A DNA stretch of 64,000 nt, from assembly GCF_009834535.1 (NCBI RefSeq), contig NC_045713.1, positions 21,824,001 through 21,888,000 on the forward strand, given 5' to 3'. Below the pieces are notes generated by a model. It worked only from the letters and a program-made list of their open reading frames with translations, searched no databases and had not been told where the DNA came from. This document shows positions 1 through 21,500 of this stretch, in pieces; within the stretch, counting starts at the first letter, position 1; every line of letters starts with the position of its first letter. Both the position numbers and the translations under genes were made by a program. The stretch comes from Camelus ferus. Its lineage: Eukaryota.

Positions 1-1025
1 GCCTGCGGATTATCTGCTGGGCGATGTGGAGGGTGAGGAGGATGAGCTGTACCTCCTGGACCCAGAGCATGCACACTGTAAGTGGGGCTTGGGGAGGGGG
101 AGGGGAGGGGAGGCGGGGCCAGAGACTCAGACCCTGCCTACCCCGCCCTGCACCACAGCCGAGGAGCCAGAGTACGTGCTGCCCCAGGAGGCCTTCCCGC
201 TGCGCCACGAGATTGTGGACACCCCGCCCGGGCCTGAGCACCTGCAGGACAAGGCTGACTCGCCCCACGTGAGCGGCAGTGAGGCAGACGCAGCCTCCCT
301 GGTGCCTATGGACTCCTCATTCTCACTCATCTCTGTCTCACACGCACTGTACGACAGCCGCCTACCGCCTGACTTCTTCAGCGCCCTGGTGTGTGACATG
401 CTGCGCTTCTATGCCGAGCAGGGTGACGTGCAGATGGCCGTATCCGTGCTCATCGTGCTGGGTGAACGTGTGCGCAAGGACATCGACGAGCAGACCCAGG
501 TGGGTGACAGGGTCTAGGGGGCTTTCCTGGAGCAGCTGCTACCCCCAGGACTGCCCCTGTACGGTCCCCCTGCACCCATACCCGTGTCTGTGCCCAGCAC
601 AGTCTGGTGAGGCCCCTCAGTGCGCTTGCGACCCTGGCTTCCTACCTCCCTCCCCCTCCCCACACCACCAGGAGCACTGGTACACGTCCTACATCGACCT
701 GCTGCAGCGCTTCTGCCTCTGGAACGTGTCCAACCAGGTGGTCAAGCTCAGCACCAGCCGCGCCATCAGCTGCCTCAACCAGGCCTCCACCACCCTGCAC
801 GTCAACTGCAGTCACTGCAAGCGGCCCATGAGCAGCCGGGGCTGGGTCTGCGACAGGTGCCACCGCTGCGCCAGCATGTGCGCCGTCTGCCACCACGTGG
901 TCAAGGGTCTCTTCGTGTGGTGCCAGGGCTGCAGTCATGGCGGCCACCTGCAGCACATCATGAAGTGGCTGGAGGGCAGCTCCCACTGCCCTGCCGGCTG
1001 TGGCCACCTGTGCGAGTACTCCTGA
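1..1025 (+). CDS. WDR24: GATOR2 complex protein WDR24, last three coding exons (5' part outside window)
   Basis: Exons <1-77, 159-499 and 672-1025 with GT-AG introns. They translate to ...[38 protein letters not shown]...[21 protein letters not shown]...[30 protein letters not shown]...[12 protein letters not shown], the recognisable WDR24 C-terminal zinc/RING region. Confidence 0.97.
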
Positions 1026-1067
1026 CCAGCCTGCCGGACCCGGAGGGGGGGTGGGGCTTATGAACCA

Positions 1068-1073
1068 AATAAA
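1068..1073 (+). terminator. Polyadenylation signal (AATAAA) of WDR24
   Basis: AATAAA 43 nt after the WDR24 stop codon. Confidence 0.75.
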
Positions 1074-1099
1074 GGAAGCAGGAGCCGCAGTCTGGGGCT

Positions 1100-1315
1100 A
1101 CCTGTCATCTGGTCGCGTCGCTTAAGGTCGGATCCCCGCGGGAGGTTGTGTCGCCAAGTGAGCTGTCAGTAGCCAGTAGCTGCTTCTGGTGTGGCCTTCG
1201 TCCCGCCTTTCGGAAGTACCCCCTCCTTCCGGGGCGGGCCAAAGGAGGCCGCTTCCGGGAGCCGCGCCGTTGCCACGACGACGAAGTTCCCGGCATGCCT
1301 CGCGGCGGCGGGCTC
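1100..1315 (+). promoter_or_regulatory. CpG-rich JMJD8 promoter/5' region
   Basis: CpG-dense stretch with ETS-type CGGAAGT (~1211) and GC box GGGGCGGG (~1231) immediately upstream of the JMJD8 ATG. Confidence 0.6.
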
Positions 1316-2915
1316 ATGGCACCTGGGTTGCGACCACTTCTGCTGCTCGCGTTCTGGATGCTGGCGTCTTCCGCCCGGAGTCCCGGGGAGGCGAACCACG
1401 GAGGATGGTGAGCAGCGCTGGGCGGCCGGATAGGGCGGGGCGCGCGGCGGGACGGCCCGGGGCATTGACCGGTTGTGTCCGCAGGCCGCAGTATGGGCCG
1501 GGGGCACCGGTGGCTGTGGCGGAGGAGGAACGCTGCACGGTGGAGCGCCGAGCGGACCTCAGCTACGCCGAGTTCATGCAGCAGTATGTGCATCCTCCTG
1601 TGTGGCCACACCTCCCACGCCCGAAAACCATCCTTGGGGTTCCGTCACCCTACACCTCTGAGGCCGTGCACTGGTCTGCTGGCCCGTTCCCCCGGAACTC
1701 CCTAGGCTGCCTCCCCCAGAGCTCATGCGAGCGCGCGTGGGCGGGACGGTGGTAGGCGCGGACTAGCCCTGGCGGTGACCCTGCCCTTCTTTCTAGCTAC
1801 GCCTTCTCCAGACCTGTCATTCTGCAGGGGCTCACAGACAACTCGGTGAGTGCTCACGCCTCTCCCGACCACCTTTCGCCCTTGCTAGACCTGACCCCTA
1901 AGTCCTCTCCCTACTCCTGCAGAGGTTCCGGGTCCTGTGCTCCCGTGAGAGGCTGCTGGCCTCTTTTGGGGACAGCGTGGTCCGGTTGAGTACTGCCAAC
2001 ACCTACTCCTACCGGAAAGGTGAGCTGCCCCACCCCGGAACCCAGCATTGTGCTACCAGCACAAACCAGTCCTGACCATTCCTTTTCACACTGCAGTGGA
2101 TCTGCCCTTTCAGGAGTATGTGGAGCAGATGCTGCACCCTCAGGACCCCCTCTCCATGGGCAATGGTGAGCCAGATTAGGGTAGCATGGGATGATTTAGG
2201 AGTGCCTAGGTGCCGAGATCCCTGCATTCTCCCGTGTTCTCTCTGACAGACACCCTGTACTTTTTCGGGGACAACAACTTCACTGAATGGGCATCACTCT
2301 TTCGGCACTATTCTCCACCTCCATTTGGTCTGCTAGGTACCACTCCTGCTTATAGCTTTGGAATTGCAGGTGAGTGTGCCTTTCAGGACCAGGAGACTTG
2401 GGGACTGGGCAGCTGGAGAGAAGGGGGAGAGGATTAAGCTTGGTAACCGATTGTTCATAAATAACCCACAGGAGCCGGCTCTGGGGTGCCCTTCCACTGG
2501 CATGGTCCCGGGTTCTCGGAGGTGATCTACGGTCGCAAGGTCAGCACAGGGTGGTGGCTGAGACTTTGGATTCACTGACCACAACACACAGAATAACCTT
2601 GCTGCTTCCATTCTCAGCGCTGGTTCCTGTACCCCCCTGAGAAGACACCAGAGTTCCACCCCAACAAGACCACGCTGGCCTGGCTCCGGGACACATACCC
2701 GGCCTTGGCACCATCTGCACGGCCCCTGGAATGCACCATCCAGGCTGGTGAGGTCAGTGGCTGGAAGGCTGGAGCCAGGGTGGGCGCAACCGAGGGCCCC
2801 CAGCCAATCCCTGTGCCCTCCCATCCTCCACCAGGTGCTGTACTTCCCTGACCGGTGGTGGCATGCCACACTCAACCTCGACACCAGTGTCTTCATCTCT
2901 ACCTTCCTCAGTTAG
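1316..2915 (+). CDS. JMJD8: JmjC domain-containing protein 8 (signal peptide + JmjC)
   Basis: 9 exons: 1316-1407, 1485-1583, 1797-1845, 1923-2019, 2097-2165, 2250-2369, 2472-2539, 2618-2752, 2835-2915, all GT-AG. MAPGLRPLLLLAFW signal peptide, CTVERRADLSYAEF, GVPFHWHGPG and VLYFPDRWWHATLNLD motifs. An in-frame ATG at 1295 could add 7 aa. Confidence 0.96.
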
Positions 2916-2981
2916 CCAAAGGAAGGGGGTAGCTGGCGAACCTGTTGCACACCAGCACACGCCCCTATAGTGCTCACAGAT

Positions 2982-2987
2982 TTTATT
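2982..2987 (-). terminator. Polyadenylation signal of STUB1
   Basis: TTTATT on + (AATAAA on -) ~235 nt past the STUB1 stop. Confidence 0.75.
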
Positions 2988-3221
2988 ACAGGGACAGTGC
3001 TGGCAGCAGCAGCCTCAGCCCCTCACCCACTATTTCTGGTCTATAAGAGGGATGAGCGGAAGCTCATGGCCCAGTAGAACTGATGGGGGTGGGATGGGGA
3101 CACCAGGGCAGAGATCCAGGGATATAAACTATGTACAGAGGCTAAAGGCTACTGCCCCAAGGCCCTACTGTGCCAGGGTACCAGGCAAGGCAGGGTGAGT
3201 GACCCATGCACTTGCCCTGCC

Positions 3222-6870
<3,649 letters not shown>

Positions 6871-6974
6871 CTTGGCTGTGGCCCAGAACCTGCTCACCTG
6901 CCATATGACCTTAGGCTGCAAGTGTCTCTGGACAGCAGGCTGGCAGAGCAGGAGGCTGGCTGCTGCAGAAGCTC

Positions 6975-6980
6975 AATAAA
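6975..6980 (+). terminator. Polyadenylation signal of the divergent HhH gene
   Basis: AATAAA ~105 nt after TAA at 6868-6870. Confidence 0.7.
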
Positions 6981-7201
6981 TGCTTATTGTACTCACATGT
7001 GATCCTGAGGCCCACAACTCTCCCCAGGGGCTCCCACCTCCGACACAGAGGTACCTCCTGCCAGATGCAGAGGATCAAGGGGTGGGGGGAGCCCATGCTG
7101 CCCACATGGAGGGAAGGGCCCTCACAATTTGTTTAGCCAGTGGGGAGAGCCCAGATCAGCCCCCAAAGTACCAGTACAGGTCCCTGATGCTGTGTAAAAT
7201 A

Positions 7202-7207
7202 TTTATT
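7202..7207 (-). terminator. Polyadenylation signal of RHBDL1
   Basis: TTTATT on + ~300 nt past the RHBDL1 stop. Confidence 0.7.
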
Positions 7208-7506
7208 CATTCTCCAAAAAGGCTCAGACTGCAAGTCTTGGAGGAGAGGCCGGGCACAGTCTCCTCTGGGGCCACCCTTGGGGACCCCCACCACCCAGCC
7301 CAGTCCAGCAGTCCTTCCCCCAAGGCCTGGGAGGGGGCAGCCAGGGCTGATGTAAGGCTTGGCCTGGGCTTGGCCACTGGGGCCACCTAACCCCGCGGGG
7401 AAGAAGTAGCCTCCAGACGTACATTCACAGAGGGTGGACATGCAGACCTGCCTGGTGGCTGGCCCACAGATGCCGCACCCTGGCTAGTGTGGCCCTGGGG
7501 ACCCTG

Positions 7507-9745
7507 TCAGGGTGGCGGGGGGACATGGGCACCCAGCAGGTCATAGGCGAAGACGTTCCAGAAGATGGCGAAGAGCAGGAACGTGCCATAGGCAAGCAGC
7601 ACCACCCACCAGCCACACTGGTCCCGCAGGCGCTCCTCGTAGCTGCGCAGGATGGTCAGGCCCATGCTGACACCCACCACTGCACCCGCTAGGTGTGCCA
7701 TGAAGCTTGGTTGCGGGCCAGAGGCAGGCAGTGGCGGGGAGAAGCGCAGCCACACAGCCCGGCCCACCTCGGAGCTCACTGCAGAGGGAGGCAGCAGGTG
7801 AGCGGTGCCCTAGCAGTAGGCTGAGGCCCACCCCCCAGGCCCTCTACTTACTGCACACGAGGGCCAGCACCATCCTTAGCAGCTTGTAGGGACACCTCAT
7901 CCCAGCCCAGTTCTGAGAGAGCGTGAATAAGAGAAGCTGCGAGGCAGGCCTTGTGGACCCCTCCCCGCCCGCCGCTGGGGCTGCCCCATTACCATGACGA
8001 CATTGGCCAGGTGTGCGGAGCACAGGGCGTAGACCCCGCCGGAGCCCCCCACCACAGGGGCCCGCATGTCAGTAATGGAGACGGTCAAGGAACCTGTATG
8101 AGCAAGGGGAAAGCTGTGAGGTGAGGCCTGCCAGTGAGGTGGCCAGGGTGCACGCGCCTGCCTCACCTGCCAGCACACCGGCCAGGTAGAGAAGGCTGAT
8201 ACGGAGCAGGCCGTGTACCATCTCCAGGGGCACCCCGATCATCAGCTGCAGGAGCGCATTGAACCCCAGCTGCTCTAGCCTGGTTGTGTGGGGCAAACAG
8301 GTACGAAGGGTGAAGTCCCCCTGTCCCCACCTCAAGGGGCCAAACCCTCCTGATTCAATCTGAGGGGTGCCAGGGGTGGGAAGCCCACTCACCCAACATG
8401 CATGAACATGTAGGTGAGGAAGCGCCAGGCTCGAGCACGGTGGCCGGGGTGGTACACAAGGGGGCTCTTCATGTACTCGGGGTGGTAGGTCTGCAGCACC
8501 CACTTGTTGAAACGGGCCCCGTAGCACAGGAACACAATGATCTGGAGGGCGACAAGCATTAAGGCCAGGCAGGGCCAGGGATGCTGGATGGAGGCTCCCC
8601 AGGGCAGGGTGGGGGCGGTGGGCAAGCAGGCCCACCTGAGCTAGGGTGACCGAGGCCATAAACACTGGGGGTGGGCAGCTGCGGTGCCGGTAGAAGTACC
8701 AGTGGCGGTCCACCTCTCGGGGCAGGATCTCGTAGGCCACGTAGCGGACAAACCGCTTGTAGACACCCAGGCCCGGCTCGTCCAGCAGCCCATCCCGGGG
8801 CAGTGCCCGCTGTCCGTTGGCGATGGCCCGCTTGAAGCTGCTTGAGCGCTTGCTGCTGATCTGGGGGGCGGGGCCTAGGCATATAGGCCACCATACTCCC
8901 CCCATGGCTGCCCTGCCTAAGTGGTCCACCCCTTTCCTCACAGGGTCTGAGGCTCTGTTCCACGGCTACAGCCCTCCCGAGTGGGAAAGGCAGGGAGGAG
9001 GGGCCGCCTGCCCACCCCACTCCAGCCAGGGCACTGTGCCTGCTAAGGCCTGGGCCCCCAACCCAGCTGCCCACTCCCTGTGCACTGACCAGGTCCACCA
9101 GCTCCTGGTAGCAGATCTGGCCCCGCTCGTTGCTCTGGGCCAGAGCCACCAGCATGTCCAGCTTGGCAGGGTCCAGGGGCAGCTCATGGCTATGCACCAG
9201 GCCAGTGAAGGTGTCCGCACCGATGAAGCCTGTATTCTCAGGGTCCAGCTGCTGGGGTTGGGGCAGGGTGGGGGCAGTGGCCAAGGCCTGAGGGTGGGCC
9301 CGGCCGCTAGACCACAGGGCTGGACCAGGTCAGCTGGGAGAGGCAGGTTCCAAGCACCTTCAGTCCAAGCCCCTGTGCTCACATGGTCACAGAAGCTCTG
9401 GGCACTGGTGCCTGGGACCCAGGCCTCCAGCTTCTCCAGCTCTCCAGGGGTCTCCCCACCTCATTTCTGCCCTGCCCATCTTGGAAGGGTAGGGCCAAGG
9501 TCTGAGGACAACCACCCTCCCTCCCGCCCTTCACCCAGCGCCGTGGTCTGGCATGCCCTTTTCTGGGGTCTCAGTCAAAGGACCAAGGTCGTGCAGGGAG
9601 AAGACTGGGCTGAGGGTCTCTGGGAGTTCCGTACTCCACAGCCCACCCAAGGGCGGAAGACCAAGTCGGGGGCGGTGCCGGCGCCCCACCCCCACCTCCC
9701 ACGCACCTGTTCCTGGATAAGCTGCAGCAGCGAGCTCCTATCCAT
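7507..9745 (-). CDS. RHBDL1: Rhomboid-related protein 1 (intramembrane serine protease), 373 aa
   Basis: 8 exons: 9745-9707, 9251-9090, 8860-8636, 8541-8393, 8279-8167, 8093-7993, 7912-7852, 7778-7507, total 1122 nt. [21 protein letters not shown]..., [10 protein letters not shown], catalytic GGSGG and MAHLAG motifs. Confidence 0.98.
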
Positions 9746-11334
9746 AGAGCCAGGCCGGGCCGGGGACCGGGGGCCGGGGTCGGCGGCCGCGGCCGGGAGG
9801 GGCTGCTCTGCGGACGACTCCGCTCCGCCCCGGCCCTCCGGCTCCGCCCGCTCCGCTCAGCGCCGCGTCACGGAGCCGCCCGCCTCCGCCGCACACGGCG
9901 CTGCCGCCGGCCCAGCCACACGCGCACCCCCCCAACTTGGACGTGCCCCCGAAAGAAGGGCGCGCGGGTCGCCGAGTTCCCACCCTGATCAGCGAGCGCT
10001 GCGTGCAGGCGCCCCCAGGCCGCAGCGGGGAAACTGAGTCATGAGGGGCTCGCAGGCCCCTACCGCGCACACCCCTTGGTCTCGAGCTGGGGCCGCGGCG
10101 CCGACACCATCTCCACCGGGAAGTCTTAAGGGAACAGCCCACAGCTGAGACTCCCCAGGCAGGGGCTCCTTGAAGGCGCCTCCCTGCAAGACAGGCTCGC
10201 CTGTCCTGCTAGTAAGACGGCACCACGGCCCTAGCCCTCCCCAGGGTGCGCTGAAGCCAACAAGGGCTACTAGCAGGGAAAGGGGAAGGTCCTTGCAGCT
10301 GCCTCTGCTCAACGGGTGGACACCAACCCATAGCACACACTTCAGGCTAGAGGTTCCTGACCGCTCCTGTGGCCACAATACTGAAGAGCCCCCAGCGGAC
10401 AAGACTGCAGCGGGGATGAGAAGAAGCCCTACTTCCTGGGGAGGGCAGGAAGGTGGACCGACTCTGGGAACGTGCAACCATAGCAACCCCTACCAGGGCC
10501 ACTCATAACCGTGATGCAGCTGGGCCTCAGGATAGTCGCAGCAGCTAGAAATAGCATCCTGCCCTGTCCTGAACCGAGGATCTCTGGCCATTGGAACTGG
10601 GAAGCTGGTTGGATGGTTGAAATAACTTCAGGGCCTGACCCCAGCTCCTACTGGGTCAGGCACGAGCATCCCTACCAGGTGGGCTGTTCCTCAACCTCTA
10701 TAAACGGAATACATATCAAGCTGGGGGAGGAGCCCTGGACTGCAAGCCTGCCTTGCACAGGAAGCACATTATGTGGAGGGGCAATTGAGGAGCCAGGGTC
10801 TTCCACCTGGGCACACCATGGGCTGACTCTGCTCACCAGAGAGAACACCTGAACAGCAAGTGCCAAAGACTAATCCTAAGATGAGCCCCCTCCTCAGGCC
10901 AGGAAAGTTCTGTCCCGTCTCCTCACGCTGGAGCTCTTTGGCTGTCTTCTGCCCAGTGGGAGAGGCAGAGACCTCTGGGTGGGGAATGAGGAATGGGGCA
11001 GCTCCCCCAGGTCAGAGCCACCTTACACATCTCAGAACCCCAAATCCTCAGCACAATTCAAACTGACAGGATGCTGAGATTTGGGGAGCGGGCACACCTA
11101 GGGAGGATTCACATCAGAACGACCTCAGGTATCAGGCCCCCTCCAGCCTCTTATCCTCAGGCCAGCATGGACATCACTGAATGTAAAGGCTCTGAGGCTG
11201 CAGCTGGGCCATAATTGGACCTTACCCTGGCCTGAGGCCTCAGGATGGTAACCCAAAACCAGAAGGGAGGGGTGTGGCCAGGAGTAACATTTCCAGCCCA
11301 TATCCAGACCAAGGACATGTTTTAGTTGATTTAA

Positions 11335-11626
11335 NNNNNNNNNNNNNNNNNNNNNNNNNNNNNNNNNNNNNNNNNNNNNNNNNNNNNNNNNNNNNNNNNN
11401 NNNNNNNNNNNNNNNNNNNNNNNNNNNNNNNNNNNNNNNNNNNNNNNNNNNNNNNNNNNNNNNNNNNNNNNNNNNNNNNNNNNNNNNNNNNNNNNNNNNN
11501 NNNNNNNNNNNNNNNNNNNNNNNNNNNNNNNNNNNNNNNNNNNNNNNNNNNNNNNNNNNNNNNNNNNNNNNNNNNNNNNNNNNNNNNNNNNNNNNNNNNN
11601 NNNNNNNNNNNNNNNNNNNNNNNNNN
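11335..11626. other. Assembly gap (292 N)
   Basis: Run of N. Confidence 0.99.
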
Positions 11627-12172
11627 CCGGAGGAAAATATAATTCAAAGACACATGCACCCCAATATTCACAGAAGCACTATTTACAAGAGTCAAGACAT
11701 GGAAACCACCCAAATGTCCACTGACAGCTGACTGGATGGATATGGTAATACATATACTACGGAATACTACTCAGCCATAAAAAAAGAATAAAATGCATTT
11801 GCAGTAACATAGATGGACCTGGAGATCGTCATTCTAAGTGAAGTAAGCCAGAAAGAAAAAGAAAAATACCATATGATATCGCTTATATGTGGAATCTAAA
11901 AAAGACACAAATGAATTTATCTACAAAACAGAAACAAATCACAGAGAACAAATTTATGGTTACCAGGGGGTAAAGGGGGTGGGAAGGGATAAATTGGGAA
12001 TTTGAAATTTGCACCTTTGGGGAGTGATGGAAATGTGAGCTATATTGATTGTGGTGGTAGGTTTCACTGGTATACGTGCATCTATCAAAATTCATCCAAT
12101 CGTACATCTGAAATATGTGTACTTTACTGTATAGGAATCATACTATAATAAAGGTGTTAAAAAGAAAAAAAA
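11627..12172 (+). mobile_element. LINE-1 3' end fragments (younger L1 3' region followed by an older L1M-type 3' end with A-rich tail)
   Basis: Typical L1 3' motifs (CTACTCAGCCATAAAAAAAGAAT, GGACCTGGAGATCGTCATTCTAAGTGAAGTAAGCCAG, ATGTGGAATCTAAAAAA), then AATAAA and an A-tail at ~12147-12172; AT-rich against a GC-rich background. Confidence 0.88.
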
Positions 12173-12704
12173 ATCATCTTCAGAAAGTAGGACCCAAGAT
12201 GGAAAAGACACAAGTGAAGTTTAATCAGGAAACCCAATCTCTTTTGTCTTCTGTAAGGGGCACAGCCCTGGACCTGTCTTCAGATGGGGGGAAGGGGAAG
12301 GGCACAATGGTCCAGCCACTTCTTGTCCCCACCCCCTGCCTTTGGCCCAAAGCTCTGCCTTCTTACCCCCTTCACATATACTGGCCACCTGGGACCAGGA
12401 AGGAGGAGTAGAGCCCTGAGAATTCAGCTCTGGGGTCACTGGCTTCTTCACCCATGCCCCACAGTCCCTCTAATACAAGAAGCCCACAAAGGAGGGCAAT
12501 GCCCAGCATCTGCAGTGGGACAGGACACAGGGTTCTGGGTCCTGAGGACCCACTCTTGCTGCTCCGGCAGAGGCATGGCAGGGAGAAGACTGTCCTCAGA
12601 AGGAAAGCTGAGACAGAAAGAAGCCCCCCACTCCCCACCCCAAGCAGGTGGCCCCATACCAGCACCCTGTGGGCCCTGATATCAGACCAAGGGGTCCTGG
12701 GGAC

Positions 12705-18160
<5,456 letters not shown>

Positions 18161-18258
18161 GGGACTGGGCAGAAGCTGAGCTCAGGCAAGGCAGGAGGGC
18201 CAAGCCCAGGCAGGAGTCCAGACTGACCAGCAGACAGTGTCACATTGCAACACCCACA

Positions 18259-18264
18259 TTTATT
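18259..18264 (-). terminator. Polyadenylation signal of WDR90
   Basis: TTTATT on + ~245 nt past the WDR90 stop. Confidence 0.7.
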
Positions 18265-18506
18265 TGAACTGTACAAGGTAAAACACAAAAAGCCCTCAGG
18301 AAAAGAAGCAACAAACACATCACCTATGTTCAAGATCTTGACTCACATAGTCCTGGGCCAGTCTAGGGTGGAGGGGTGCAGCCCCCCAGCCACCCTGACC
18401 CAGCATGGGGCCCGTGGCCGACCCAACTGCCTGGCTGAGCCTTTGCCTGGGCCAGGCACCTAGCTGCCCCACAGGGCACGCCTGACCCTGCAGTCCCTAC
18501 CGCAGC

Positions 18507-21500
18507 TTAGTGGCTCATGACCTCCCACACCAATATCTCATTGTGGGCGACGGTGAAGAGCAGCCGGCTGGATGGCGCAAACCTGCAGAGCTTCACCGAG
18601 TCGTCATGGCCAGCAAAGTCCTGCACGGCCCCAGACACACAGTCCACCAGTGTCAGTACCCGCTCTGTGGGCAGACAGCCCAGGGTGAGGTGGGGCAGTG
18701 CAGGTAGGGTGCCATTGGCCCTGTGTCTGTGTGGCTTCAGGACACAGGGGTCCTCCAGCCCACCCTGGCTCTGTCTCCAGCTGGGTGCCATGCCTCATGG
18801 GGGAACCCAGCACCCCACCCACCTCATCTCCTGACCCTATGACCCCCCAGAGCAGGTGTCCTCATCGCACTTCAGGGAGGAGAAACCCAGGGCCCAATGG
18901 TGAGAGGCATGACTCAGTGTGGAGACATGGGTGTACCCACTCAGCCCTACTCAAGAAAGGCCAGAGTCCATGCCCACCAGCACTCACCAGCAAAGCCAAC
19001 GGCCACAAGGCAGGCCCTGGGGGACAGGCTCATGGACATAGCAAAGAAAGGCAGTGGGATCTTCTTCACCACCTGCAGGCAGCAAGCACGAGGCACTGGG
19101 GGGTTTCCCACAGCCCCGAGACCCACCCCTCCCCAGCCCTAGGTCCCTCGGGCTCCCAGCACCACATGGAGGGGTGCACCTGCCTGCTTCTGGTAGAGGC
19201 TGTAGAAGACCACCTCAGGGTGCACGCCAAGGCCCACACACACCAGCAGTGCCCCATCCCAGGGGCAGAAGGCAGCAAGGGTGGGTGGCAGGCAGCCGGA
19301 AGCCTGCAGAGGACACAACACATTCGTGTTCTAGCACGGTGGGCAGCATCCTGCCCACAGGGCCACCAGGGCTCTCACCTCTGTGACGACGGGTGCAGGG
19401 AAGCTAAGCCAGTCCACGAGCTCACAGTGATTCCGCAGCCAGTCAGAGGCCCAGACGCTCACCCGCTGGTCTCCACTGGCGGCCAGCCACAGGTCCATGC
19501 CCTCTGCCCTGAAGTCTCCGTACTGGGGAGGTAAGAGTTGGTGGGTGCCTCCCACCCCACTCTGCCTATCTCCTTCCCTGCCTGCATCCTCAGGACGGGC
19601 CCTGCCGGCTCATGAGGCCACTTCACCTCTTTTCTCGTGCTCTGGATGGTGCAGATCCCAGCGCCTCGGTGGTCACTCAGTACACGGAAGGTCATCCCCG
19701 TGCGAGGACGGCTCACAGCCACGAGCCCGTCCTTGTCTCCAGAAAGGATGGTCTGCCCTGGGCCAGGCAGGAGCCAAGCTGTTATTTGTGAGCCCCTGAC
19801 CCTCAGCCCAAAGGTGTGATCTGGGCCGGGCAAAAGCCACGCTGTCACTGCATGAGCCCCGCCCCTCACCATCAGCAGAGAAGGCAACGGTTGTCAGTGC
19901 AGCCTGGTGGGGGTGCATCTTGAGGTCCATCGCCATTCGGGAAACGCTGAAGACCCGCAGGGTGCCATCACTGTAGCCCGCCACCACCTGCTGCTGCTCT
20001 GGGCGTCTGCAGGACGGGGGGCTCCAAGCCAGGCAGAGGCAGCTCTGGGGACCCATGGTGGGAAGATATCAGCACTCCCCTGGGAAGGGGAGATGGGGGC
20101 CTAAGCCCAAGGCTGCAGACAGACAGCAAGGCTGGAGGAAGAACAGGAAGGGCCAGGACCTGGTCTGGGCTCCACCCTGAGCACGCACTCCCAGGCCCAG
20201 GTGCCCCTGCCCTCTATACCTGGCTTAACACCTGGAACTGGATCAGCAGCTCCATGCTGGCCAAGGACCACACCCTCACGCTCCCGTCATCACTGCACGT
20301 GGCGCAATGGGACTCGCTGGGGCTGAAGACCACCTCATTCACCTGCAGGAAGCCAGTGTTTTGAGGCCACATGGCCATCAGGCAGAGAGGGGACACAGTG
20401 TGGCCAGGTTGTTCACCAGGGCATTGATCTCCCCCTCAAGTCTGCCTGGCCCCAACCCCTCCATGTGACATGAAGAAACTGTCCCAGGTGTCCCCAAATT
20501 AGACCAGAAGGGAGTCCAAATTGCAAGAAGCCCACTGGTCATCTGAACATGACTGACTACTTGCTAGGACACAGAAGGAACTGTCCTGACAGAATCTAAA
20601 ACACAGTGATCCCAGAGGGCTGCAGACTGGAAGCAAAGGAGGGGCTATTTCCTAGGGGCTCATCACAGCGGGAGAGGGTGGGGGGAAGGGGGCTGAGATT
20701 GTCTCGTGTGTGCACATGTGCACGGATATACGCACTGTGTATATCAAAGGAAAATCAGGATCTTCAGTGTAACAAAAAGAAGACAGACACCAGGCACCAT
20801 GGGACGAAATAAAACAGCCTAATGCTGAATTTGAATTTCAAGTGTAAGTATGAACTTAAGCATTTCATCCTAAAAAATAATGATTTAGCTCTGTCTGGCT
20901 GAGAAGAGATGGGACCCTCTGGGCCTCAGACTGTGACCTCTAAGTTCAATTCCCACTGGCAAGGCCACGGGCTCTGGGACAGCGAAGTCTGGTCCTGGGT
21001 GGAGCTGCAGGGGGACAGCCTGGAGCACCTGTGGTCCACAGGAGAGGGAGGTCACCAGTGACCATCAGCTCAGGTCAAGGACTCAGCACCCCTGAGCTCA
21101 CCCTAGCGGGTAGATAAACACATGTCCTATCTGTACCGCAGAAGCATATTTAGCAATAAAAAGGAGTAAAGCAGTGACACTACAACTCGGGTGGACCTTG
21201 AAAACATGATGCCCCAGTGAGAAAAGCCAGACAGGAGTGTGTGTTTCCGTCCACATGGGCCATCAGAATAGGCAAACCCACAGACACAGGGTCAGCTAGT
21301 GCCTGCCAGGGGCTGGGGTGCTAAATGGGGGTGAGTATTTAATGGGTATGGTGTTTCCTTCTGGAATGGAAGTGATTGGGACAAGGGTTGTATGGTTCTG
21401 TGAACGTTTCAAAAACCACTAATTTTAAACAGGTGTGTGGCACATAAATTATACCTCAATATAAAGCTGTTACCAAAAAAAGGGAAAAGCACGTAATTGT

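Noticed and set aside
8817-10037. 406-aa ORF antisense to RHBDL1
   Set aside because: Low-complexity Pro/Ala/Gly/Arg translation crossing exons, introns and a CpG island; no recognisable domain; expected from stop-codon scarcity at this GC content.
11335-11626. ORFs spanning N-runs (11240-11713, 11274-11642, and 63056-63520 region)
   Set aside because: Artefacts of translating assembly gaps next to L1 sequence.
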